A stretch of 64,000 nucleotides of DNA. Origin: Tubulanus polymorphus (Eukaryota; Animalia; Nemertea). Of the stretch, positions 30,981-43,300 are shown piece by piece. Made by a program: the position numbers and the translations under genes. The stretch spans positions 1,178,001 to 1,242,000 of the forward strand of contig NC_134025.1 of assembly GCF_964204645.1 (NCBI RefSeq), read 5' to 3'. The notes beneath the pieces are model-generated. The model did no database searches. It was not told where the DNA came from and worked only from the letters and a program-made list of their open reading frames with translations. Numbering within the stretch: the stretch's first letter is position 1; the number at the start of each line of letters is the position of its first letter.

Positions 30981-32426
30981 TTGATTTCTAATTCTTAGTG
31001 TGAGATATTCATATCATTATTACAACACGGACTCGAGATAAGAGAGTTGTATCAGTGCTTCTTACCCACAACACTCACAGTTTATAATACAATATCATAA
31101 TCATCTCTTCTCTTGTCGCCAGATTACAGCCAGAAATTCATGCATTTAAATGCGTTAATTTAAGACTGTTCGGTATTTCGTGAGATTGTCATCAACTTTA
31201 ACCGTGTTATCATTTCTGCTATAGAATAACAGTATCTAATTTCAGAAATTCATTTACGTCATGAAATGACCATGACATCATACATTATGCTCGATGACGT
31301 CACACGCCGCTGTTCCGTGTTATAAGAGACTTAGAGACTGGTTCACCTCACTGGTGAAACATAATTACACATTAGTGGCTTGTGTGACTTATACACCGTC
31401 TTACTGTTAACAAGACGCGACTCGCTTCTGAAACACGGTCTGCTCAATTTGCTCTTATAATTGGAACTCAATTTGCTCTTATAATTGGAAAACACCGCAG
31501 AACTCTCACAGTTCGTCACACTTTACGCAAGAAAACAACTCACTTTTCTGATTAGTTATTTTGTAAGTAAAAAATCAGAATGAACCGAAGCGGGTGAATC
31601 GATCAACAGAAAACCAACCGCTTAACAATCAAACCGTGAACGTTAACATAATTGAATCCAACAACAACAGGCTGGTTTGAAAAAGAAATTTTTTTTCGTC
31701 AATAAAATGAACCGCTGTATGAGTAGTAGGTCCATTGAAGCGAGTGCCGTAAATGTAATGATTTTAGAAAAAGTTTTCAAAGACTCGATGTCCGTGTTTT
31801 CACTTCAAATAGACCAAGAGCATCGAATGAAATGTAGCCGCTACGATATCGGCGATGTTTGTTATCCGAGATTCGTTCTTCAGTTCTCAGAAACAAGGTT
31901 CATTTCCTTTCAACACCTCCTTGTCATGTCGCAGGACCACAGTCAGTATTATAACACCCCCAGCGAGAAGCGAGAAGCCTCTTATTCGGCTATCAAATAA
32001 CTATATTGCGAGAAAGCCACGATGACCTTACACTATATTCACGAGAAATGTCATTTCTCAGAAAGTGTTGGGATCGGAAATAAGTCGACCGTGTAGAAAT
32101 AGTGGCACGACTTTACCAAAATAAGAGGCTATTGCTCTAATGTAGTGTCTACGCGTTGCCTGTAGATGTGAGGATTCTCGTTTTAGATTTAGAGTATAAG
32201 AATCAATTATTATTCGCTATGGAACATTGAACCAAAGCACTAGTGACATTTTGACCCCATCGAAACGTCACTATACTCTCTTATAGTTTTGAAAATGGCT
32301 CCTAGAATTGGATCGAAACGTCTAAGATTTTCTTCATAGTTATGAGGTTTTTCTTCTATTGAATCATAGACAGTCACTAGATGGAAATTTAACTCAGACT
32401 AGAATCATCTTCTTAAAAATACTTAC

Positions 32427-32493
32427 TTCGCAGCGTCCTGGAAGACCTCTAACTGACCATCATCGTCTACATCACTGTTCTCACTTTGACTTG
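32427..32493 (-). CDS. Agatoxin-like peptide precursor, acidic propeptide exon
   Basis: TATTTTTCAG acceptor, GTAAGT donor; encodes xSQSENSDVDDDGQLEVFQDAAK; its phase-2 end joins the 30670 exon to create the KR site. Confidence 0.8.
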
Positions 32494-35400
32494 CTGAAAA
32501 ATATAGAAAAATAAATAACGTATTAAAGTTATGATAAATCTAACAGTTTGAACGTAGTTAGACCGATGTCAATCAGGATATTCAGTACTGTATTACTGGA
32601 TAACTTGACTATAGATATTTCATCAGGTCTATGAGTCGAACGAACAGACGTATCGAAAAATGCCGTCTAGAAGTAAAGTCGAACGAATTCTGTAAATAGT
32701 TGGACTGGAATGAACGATATGTACCAGAATTTTCATTTCCATAATTGATTTCTAGCAAGTTACGATAATAGATAATCAAGAATTCAAGAACGACTTCTCT
32801 GATGATAGAATATACGACCACTTTAGATTGGCTGTCGATTTGGCACATTTTCTAATCCAGAGACCAAGGACGATGTAAAGATCCTACTTTATACTTATTT
32901 CCAACGAATTTCGGGGAGATGGCTCTTCTATAAGAAAACGAACAACTCGCGATGTCCCCGAATTTATGACAAACAAGTGGTTATTCCTGGCCATTCACTA
33001 ATGCATCTATACAGAAGTGTGAAGATATTCTTCATGCATTTACCATGAGCTAAAATATAGCTATATCTAACAGGACGCGCTCAGTATGTTACACAACGGT
33101 CAAATCATCAATCATAGACGATGATAAGATATTCAAATTTATATGAAAAAAAAGATCGTGTATACTAAGTAACGTATTTAATAACATCGACTGCCAGGGC
33201 AACTATGCGGATAATATGTAACTGTCGACTCGGTGTTTATTGCTGTTTTTATGTCGTTGTTTTACGTTGTATTCGCTATTATTTCTATCGCGTTTTAAGA
33301 AAGGTTTATGTTCATTTTGAGATGGCCACAATGAGGTATCACCCAATCAGAGCTGTTACATTAATTTCACCAATAAACTCTTGGTTTTATAGAATGCCAT
33401 AAAATGCTGTATAAAACTAGCCGTTTCATAGTCACACCATAACCGCGTGATTGATGGGGAATATATTAACCCTTGTATATCCACGACCAATTATACGTAC
33501 TCTTAACCGGGTAGAATAACAACATCCCCACCGGTCATTGGAATGTATACGGTATAATCATGGACTCTAAAACGAAAGTCCATGGTATAATGAAGTAGAA
33601 TTGAGTCGGTATTGTAGTCATCGCGGGTTAGTGAATTTTCCGGATGCAATAGTGAACACAATACGGCCACACGTTCAACCACGTAGAAACCAATAGTTAA
33701 TTGAAGTTTATTACAACCAAACAGTGAAGCAATACAATCCGTGATTGATGAATATCTAACTGTGTGAAGGGAATAAATGATTTTCGTGGCTGCGATGCCC
33801 CTTATACTTTGACGTTAGTCGCAGTTCGTAATTTACGTTGACAAGTTGTAGCGTCGACTTATACAGTAACGTACGGTTTATTCTTATCAGTGCACGGCGA
33901 CTAGACATTCACAGTCGATAAGTCCAACTACGCTTCAATTTCCGTCAAATAATCTGATAAAGAAAGAAACCTGTCCGCTGAGTAAGTTTTCTAAAGGTTT
34001 CATAAAATACGTCATCGTGTTTCTCTTGCTTGCATGCGGTTCTTAGTTCAAACAAAAATAAACAGAACGATTCAGCCGCGTGTGAGTCGATGTGTGCTAC
34101 GTCATCAATATTGGTTTTTCAAAATACAAACAATCATGAATATTAGCGTTTATTTTGTAATCATCTCAATTTCACGACTTTTATTTCTTATTAAAAGAAT
34201 ATTCATGTCTTTTAAACGATGAATTTCAAATGGCAATTGGGATATAATGTGAGAAGATGTGCACTACGTCATTGATTTTGGGGCTAGACTGGTTGCCAGG
34301 CAATTTAGAGTTCAGTCAATGGATTTATTCAAATTAAAAATAACTTTATTGATCTTTGATATGCAGTATATCCTTCATGCTGTATGAGTTATTGTCTTAT
34401 TTTTTCAAGGCATCATATAAACTACTAAGTTATAGTTTCATCGTTCTCGGTGTCGCCGTGAACTTCGCGCGATTATCTTCATAGCGATAAATTGAAAGAG
34501 TCAATGTTTATCTGAAATCGATGCGATATTCGTTCCGAAATTTAAGTAAACATTGTCTGACGAGTGTGAGAATTAGAATTTCAGATTCAGATTAAATTGA
34601 TGGTTCATATTTGACTTAGTTTCCCATTCGAGTAAACACGCGCGCACCTGCTCGCACCTGATCTACGTGATAAAATATAAATTAAGGCTTATATTGAATA
34701 GAAATGTAATGATTCGGCTTCGTGTAAAACTATAACAAATATAAATGTCAAATTTGATACGTATTTCCTCAAATCAATTTCACGAACAGCATTGATTCAA
34801 TTTTCTTCGTATTTTTTCTATATAGCATGCTATCATATTCAAAGGCCTGTGGCTCAATAACGATAATATGAAGCTCGTTTTACCAGTGTCTATGTATACA
34901 ACCTCAGGAGATACGCAGATAGAAATGCTAATTTAACGAAATGCCGGTTATTCGGTGTAAAGCGGGTTCTAAGATAACGATTAACGGGTCGGATGTAATA
35001 TGTATATTATACCAAACAAGAACTATCGCTCTAGAAGTGGCAATCGCTGAATGCTTTTTCTTTTGTAAAAATTCAGATTCAGGGCTCATTTACGTAGTCG
35101 GGGCTTAGATCTAAGAACATTCAATCGCACAACTTACGACCAGTCTTATGTGATTTAAGACCACTTTGGGAATTAAGGCACGATTTTGTCAAATTCAAAT
35201 CTAATGTTCTACAAAAAGTTTGCGAGTGCAAAAGCGAGGTCGTGTTGAAATAGCTTTTATATACAATTCTAATAAGTTTACGAAGATGTATCGGAATTGA
35301 AGAGTTTCTCGCCGGTTTTATCACGTATATATTCACACATACACGACTCCCATCAGAAATAAGGGGAAGATGTTATAGCATTGCTCTTCGACTGTAAGAT

Positions 35401-37150
35401 AAGAAGGACTTGTTTGACAACTGGCATCTGTCGTCATTCTCACACACAATTCTCATATATTTATTTATGCAAATTATATTTCTATCTGTATACATGAATT
35501 CTGTCTTCTATATATATATAGAGACGCTGTTTTCGGCTTCAAAAATATTCACCACAAACACCGTGCAATAACTGCAAATCTGATAAAGTGGAATCGTAAT
35601 GAAAAATCTATGTGCGTCCATATCATTTATCGGTTATTTTATCGAGAGAGAAAGAAATATAAAGGAAATGACTGCGAGGGAGAGAGACGGGCGGCTCCAC
35701 CCAAATTTGTCTTAGAAGTATTTCTTAAAACGAAAGCGATTGAAGGAAATAATTTGTATAGCTTTCAGCGAAATGTACCGAGGATATAAAATATATATAC
35801 GGCATATGAGTCTTATAAACAGCAAATTACAGCGATGAAATATTCAATATAAATTCTCCCGACGCGACGAATTAGGATCCATTTGTTAAAGTGATACTTG
35901 TGTCTGGCAAATACGCTCTCAAAAATTCCGTTTCTCTGTTTGTTTATGTATATAGACAAATTGATCTTTTGAAGACAATAAATTGACATAAGATTTTCCA
36001 GAAATGATGTAAACAGAACGAAAATGACGTGGTATTTATTTATAAATATGCAATAAAGATGTGTGAATTGCTTTCTTCGGATAAATCAATTCGATTCGAT
36101 CTTTTTTATTTCTATAGTGCGATGTATTATTTATTTTTTTATCAGCTAAATTCAGTTGTCGTGTTTTAAATTGAATCCTTCGAGGAAGAAAATGAGTAAA
36201 ATGTCAACACATCCCTAAAGATATCGCGGAAATATGCACCGAACGCGTGTAGGTGGATCTTAGTGTTTGAAATAATGCTGAATAATCATAACAAAAAAAA
36301 CCAGCGCCATACAGAGATAATAAGACACAACATACGTTAAAAACTGTACGGGAAGCAAGTGCTTAGTATTTGAAGAAGATTTTATATTCAACATCAAAAC
36401 AAAGCCGAATCGTAGTATTGAAGCGAACCTGTATCAATAGTGCGTCGATACTGTCCAATAGCTTTGACTTTTCGACACAATGATATCCGATTGTGACTAG
36501 CATGCATACAATATATCAATCGATGATACGCATTAATGTAATCTACGTCATTTCCAGGTAAAAACCCTTGAAAATCTCGCTGATAGTTCATCGTATAAAT
36601 ATCAAACTGACTGAATATCAAGGCGTCGACGATTTTTATACAAACTTGAAAACTTTATAGGATTTTCAGAACAATTCATTCATTTTTTTTTTCGTTTTTG
36701 CAAGGGATCTACAAAACGTTTACTATAAGAATCGAAAATTTTCCATTTCTATATTTGGAATCATCCGATTTCTACTGATCTTGGCTCAGTTAAGAAAGAC
36801 ATCGGAAATGAACTGATTTAACTCAAGCTTTACCCGCAAACACTGTGCAACTAAATCCTGAAATTCAAGCGCACTTATATTCATTCACTCTCGCAAATTC
36901 TGCGAGAAACTGGATCGCAGTTTCATTTGTGATAAACAAAAGCTGATTTAAGGATGGATAAATCAGAATTTGAGAGCTTCGTGTCATCTGATTTCCAGGA
37001 ATTCTTATCTGATTTCCAGGAATTGTTATGCACACGTTAAATCTACGGGTCTAAACAGATTCAGAAATTCTCGTCGAAAATGACAATCACCATAAACGCG
37101 AACTTCAAGGAAATGTCTGCCAAACGTCAGAAGTGCATTGATATTCTAAC

Positions 37151-37213
37151 CTCATACCCCTCATAGTCCTCACACCCCTCATACCCTCATACCCCTCATA
37201 GTCCTCATACCTC
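37151..37213. repeat. Short 9-bp tandem repeat (CCTCATACC/CCTCATAGT)
   Basis: Directly visible. Confidence 0.75.
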
Positions 37214-40200
37214 GTGAATCTCGAATATTTTCTTACCGCGAACAGTTTTGAAAACACGCATTTAATCCTTCATTTCAGAAACTCGTTATAAAAAGATTTA
37301 GAATTACTGCGATCCGAAGCGCGCTATTTAAAGTTTCATCATCGGTATTTTTGCACTAAAAGAAATGTTGCATTCTACGAAATGTTGTTCAGGTGGTAAT
37401 TGGAAAATGCCAACGGCTAAATAACGTCTGAAAATAAGGCAAATAATTCAAATCAGAAAAATGTATACCGATAAACATGTTCTGCATTTTCCTCGTGTTA
37501 GAAACCACTGTTAATTTCTATGGTATATTTTACCTTACAAATTCAACAAATCTATGGCTTATTTTTCGATGAAAAAATCCTGCTTTCATTTCGATTTTAG
37601 AAAGCGTGTTATTTCGATTTTACGTAATTCCATTTTCTGATCGATATTTTTCCAGTGAAATATGAAACGATTTGCTGAAGGCATTTTTCTTGCACTCATA
37701 GAAATTAACGTGCATTTTATTGAATTTCGTTACACAATGATTTGATTTGATCACGCGTTTTACCCCAAGGCGACACATTTTATTTCACTTATTCGACTAT
37801 TTTATAGATTATTTACAGATTATATACACGTATCGTGAGTATTCTTTAATGGTAGATAAATGTCCACATAAAAATAACCACGTCCTTGAAAGATATCGAG
37901 CATATTTGATCTCTGAATTCACGTATAGTTGACAATGTAGTCTAATTTCTATCACCTTCTTGCTCATTATCTTAATTGGCTTGATATCATGTCAACAGTT
38001 GACTTCAATTAATCTTTCGTTTCTGAAACAGTTTGTTGGGGTATGTACATGTATAAATGTTTCATTCATCGTTCATGCGCGACTAAGTCGTATAGAATCT
38101 GGAGGCAACGTATGAGATTTCTAATAAAAGTGTAGCATCAGTGACGGTGGTGAGGAATTGTTTGTCACGCTACTGTATTTCTCTAAATAAAAACCCTAAG
38201 AAATAGAATTCCTCTACCTGCGGTCAGAGAATCCCGTTGAAGCGATTCCATGCAGCTTAAAAGTTTACGAAAATGTCACGCATATACCTCACGCGTATAG
38301 TTCAAATTCACCATCCTCGCCCCCGAATAAGTATCGCCCACTTGTACTTAACGGCCAGTATGACGTCACGCGTGTTATGATCAGGTGCCACGCAGAGTTT
38401 CTACTCCATGAAAGAACATTAACTCCCGTCTCTAACCGTGTCTCTCTTCGAGCATTCTTATACTGTTGATTTATGCATCCTAAACGTCAAATACTGTCAT
38501 TATTGAACAGATTCCGCGGTTGGAATACTGCTGCCTTACTGCCTTCATAAGAGCAGCCGGCCCACATAAAACGACTAAAGAGTTATTCAGCTATGAATAA
38601 CATAATGATTGATAAACACTTGGGTTTTTTATACTATTTATTTGATACCGCGTAGTGTGGATAAACTGGGCGTATCAATGACGATATATCAACGCAATCG
38701 ATAATATGAATACAATCAAAGGCGTTAACTATTGATTAAGATAGCTTAAAAGTTGCGTGGATAAAGAAAGAATCGCTCATTGACTCATGGTTTGATTCTG
38801 AGGAAGAAGTAATGGATTTTCTTGTTGTTTCTATGAATTCGTCGTCTCCACCCATGTACCGTATCTTAACCTTTTCATATAAAAATATCGATAAGAAAGC
38901 GTTATCGTCGGTTAAGTCAGTAATGGTAGAGCGCCATAGACGGAAGATTCTACCCGAAGAAAACCTCGTAAAAATTCCAGTTCAGGTGGGATTTGAGTGA
39001 TGTATTAATAAAGCTAATGGGTAGGTAGTCATCATCTGTGGGGAAAATACCGAAGGCCCGTTTGTTCATTCGTGCAGAAATACTGAGTACCAGGATATGA
39101 CAAGAAAACTAACTTGAGGATTTATTGAAGCCTAGAAAAATAACAAATATTTCGTCTAATATTGTCGACAATGAATAGCATTAAAATAGTATATGGAATA
39201 TTAATATAGTTATTTTGAAATTCAATATATCGCTAATTAAAATTGAATTGACCGACAACCAGTCTAGTCCCAATATTGATGACGTGGAGCGCATCCACTC
39301 ATGCAGTATCCCTTAGATAACGCCAAGTATTTATGAATATATAAAACTTTTTTGGCTTGAAAAAATTACCTGAATTTCTTCGTTGGTATGGGGAAATAAT
39401 CAGCTGCCCTAGCGTTTAAGAAAAATCACCTGATAATGCGAACAGTTAAAGCTACTTTTATTTGCTACTTTTCGTAGTTTTTGGGATGGTTAAGTCATCA
39501 GCGAGGCCCGGATATGAAATAGCGAACAAAGACAAAAAAGAGGAAATGAACGTTTTGTATCGATCGTTAATCGTTCCTGCGCGAGCATTAAAAATACATA
39601 GGACGCGTATATAGAATAGCGAGTAGGGGTCGAGGAGTTATTTGACTTGTCTCAGTCTAATGCTTGGACACGACTGGTGTTCGGGGTTAACATCTTCTCG
39701 GGCTAATAAATAATCATTTCTCTTCTCGCGGCGAGGGAGACCTCATCTATATTCACTACATGATGTATATCGATGTGTAGGTTGTATGAATAGGAGACGT
39801 CGTATATTTATGCATCGTCGTCCGCGGGAGCATCGTCCGTTTCCAGTCGTGATATCAACTCGAAATCGTAGATAAACGAAGAAAATTGTTTCGTATAATC
39901 GTTTTACGAATGCTAGAAATTGTTGAATTAACCGCGAGATGAAAACCTGATAGAAACTGAAAACATTCGACTTTTACTTCAAACGTTATCTTTGATATCA
40001 TTACGGATAGCGTTTATCAGACATCAAAAATAACATCGACGTGTTAGCTTTTAACTTCAGGTGAAGCGAACTAATTTAAATGTTGTTAACAGTTAAAACA
40101 GAAAAAACTTTCACCCAGAACTAAACTTAAGATAGAAGAAATAAATCGTTGGAAATTCCGAATTCTTTGATGATATTTCAGTTATAAACATGTTTATAAC

Positions 40201-40304
40201 TGAAGGCCAGGTTTCTATTCTAACCGATCAAGCAAGTCAACAACAAATGATGACGTCACTATACCGATATCCATAAGTCTCGGTCGAGCACGTCATCAAC
40301 CGCC

Positions 40305-40380
40305 CAGTCACGGCGTGGCCGAATGGTCCGGACGGTAGCTTCCCAGGACGCGTGTTCCGAGATCGAATCCTCGCAGTACG
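40305..40380 (+). other. Degenerate tRNA-like sequence (tRNA-derived repeat or pseudo-tRNA)
   Basis: A-box-like TGGCCGAATGG (40316-40326) and B-box-like GAGATCGAATCC (40359-40370) at tRNA spacing; no intact cloverleaf. Confidence 0.45.
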
Positions 40381-43300
40381 GATATTCACTAGCTTTGTTT
40401 GGGTTAATAAATAAATTTTTTTCAAAAATTTTTCCAAAAATGCTCCAGTTTAATCTCTTTTTCAAAAATGCGCTTTAGTACTAATAGATAATCTATATAT
40501 AATGCGAATATAATTTCACACTTAACTCTACAAAAAATTAGAATTTCTCGAAAAGGAGCACGTGCAGACCTAGTGATTTTGATTTTTATCATGAAACAAT
40601 TTTCGGTTTTGCATCCAAATAACGGAATAACGATGCCATTATTCTCAGCGGTAGATAAATGTATCACATCTCTTCCAAACAATTTACTAAATACCAATAC
40701 TGTTGAATTCGCTGTTATATCGCTGCACAGTTATTCGCACACGTAAATATCGATGAATCACAGGCGTGAATTTCACGACCGCTGCGGTTCCAAATTTCTA
40801 TTCCCATTATACGGTTTTTAGTGTCACCGGGGATGCGTTAACTAATGAGGGTCGCCTAGCCGGGGTGATATCTCACCCCATCATCTCTACATTCGTGTGC
40901 GCTGTTACAGAAAGATAAATTGATTATAGCTCATCTCTTAGTCCGAGCTCTAGATTATAACATTCCTTTGAAAGAAGTGAATTTGTTAGGAAGATTGATC
41001 CCATGAAGCCATGTAGATTTGGAGGAGGGGTAGGGGTAGCTCTCCTATTTTGCCAAGATAACATCATCCATCATCATAACTTCATCGCTGGGCATTTTGT
41101 TTTAGAATCACTCGATGTGCTCAAAAATGATCCATTTTCGAATCTCTGGGAGAAGAGAACCCAAACTCCACCATCAAAAGGCTACGGCGCTGTTCGTGTA
41201 CCTTAATGTAGGCTTACATAAAACTAGGTCGTTTGGTGCCTAATTCTAAAATTTATTTCTGGATCCAACCCTGCCGCGAGATACATGGTGCATGTATCGA
41301 ACCACAGTGGTACCGATACACGTAACTTGTACCCGTTCCATTGAGACACTGATCTGTGATGTAGCGAATAATCATCTCAAGGCAACCTTTCTATGAACGC
41401 CCTCCTACAAAATGTCACTGGTAACTAGATCTATTTTCCAGATCTACAAACACGATGTTGATTCGTGATTTCGAGGAGACTCGCAGGAAATCTGACGCCT
41501 AACTGATTTGTTGCTCTATGCATTCAGTATGTAGTTAAAGTTTACCGTTGAGAACACGAAGGGCGTTTTTCAGTTCTCAGCAATTTTTACTCTCGATGGA
41601 TTTTTACAGTAAATACGGATAAACGATACGCAGCTATTCTTAAACAGTTATCGCATTTCCATCACAAACTCCTTGAAATAACCTTCAAAGAACATTCCGG
41701 GCTGAGAACATCATCGTATATAATTAAAAGCCGGATAAGTACATGCAAATAACTTCTAAATAATTATGTAATTGTTTTTTTTTCAAATATTATATCGCGA
41801 ATCGCTTGAATCGTAAAGTGTTTATTGAAATGACCAAGGCGGTGATGTGGTATCGGTGAAAACATCGGTTCGCAAAACATCAAAAGCAAGAAGTTTCGAT
41901 TGAATGTTTTGACAGTTTCGAAATGAAGTTCAGATGATTTTGGACGCGAGTGACTGTATATGTATTAATGCTCACAAATCGTGTTGATTGAGAGCTTCAC
42001 GCAAATTTGACATTTTTTGTATTCTTGAAGACGACGGCAGCGCGTGTGGATTAAAAACGTGCCTTAATTAAAGTCGTCACTCATCACAATAACACAGACA
42101 CTTCTCGCTTCGACGCATTTCACATGTTCGCCTCGTCAATCCGATCTGAAGATGTTCGGAAGCTTGTCTCGTTTTCACAACGCGCGAAAACATCGACAAA
42201 ATACGTGAAAAACCGTGAAATTTACGCGTTGTCAAAAACCAGTATAGAGGAAAACGATGTTTACTCGATACAAATTAAATTTTTCGCCGCCACGTGGGCA
42301 AAATGACGCCGATCCCGACTCGAAGTCGTTGAAATCTAAGCTTTAGCTGTCTTTATTAATTCTGTTAAGGGGATGAACTTTTGTGAACCATTTCTCCATT
42401 TTGAAATTGATAAGATTAGTTTTCGTTTACTGTAGACAACATTGGGCGTATATCAGCTTTTATAATTCAAACTGTGACTTTGACATTTCACGGTTCCAGT
42501 TTAGTTTACTGTCGGAAATATTGTTTCCAGTATTTTGTATTTTGATCTTTCTATAGAAACATGTTACATTTTAAAGTGTAAATCATCCAAAGGTTATTGT
42601 TGAATTACGCCTTTTTCGATTCGCTTCTTGTGAGATCCAATTATCAACAGCGTCTAATCTATTTATGCTGAACAAATGGGGGGAGAAAAACATTAGCAAA
42701 TAACACATAGAACTAGAGGAACAAGAAGACTTGTAAATGCACCCCCAAGAGAGCCATGATGTGGAGATTCAATTTTAGCTTATTGACCCACGAATTGTTC
42801 TATGAAATAAAATGAGGGTAATTTCCAAAAGGAATTTCCTTCAACGGGTTTATTTGCTTTCGAATAATTTGTTATACATTCATAGAATGCTTTTTGAAGT
42901 CACTTTGTAATCGAGGGATGTAAAATATAGCACTTTGATCAGCGATTGATTCTCTCTTATTTTCAGTCATTCAACCCGCCAGGGGTTGGTGTTGGTCAAG
43001 ACCAGGAGTCCTCCCATCTTATTCCCCGGCGCCGTTGTGCTGTCTGGATCCAATTCCAACGCTCTCGATTGGAATCTGACTGTGGAAATGAACTCATTCA
43101 AAACTCAAGTGTAAATCTATAACTATGAACTGTGGAACTGGTTACAGCTGACTGACAAACATTGCATTAAGCGAAGCAGCACTATTGTGTTTGTCTATAA
43201 ACCCTGGTACTGTTTGACGGGCGAACTGAGGTTATATATGGCGTTTACTCACTCGAGCGTGACTGAAATTGGCCGGCAGAAAATTCTATTTTTCCGATGG

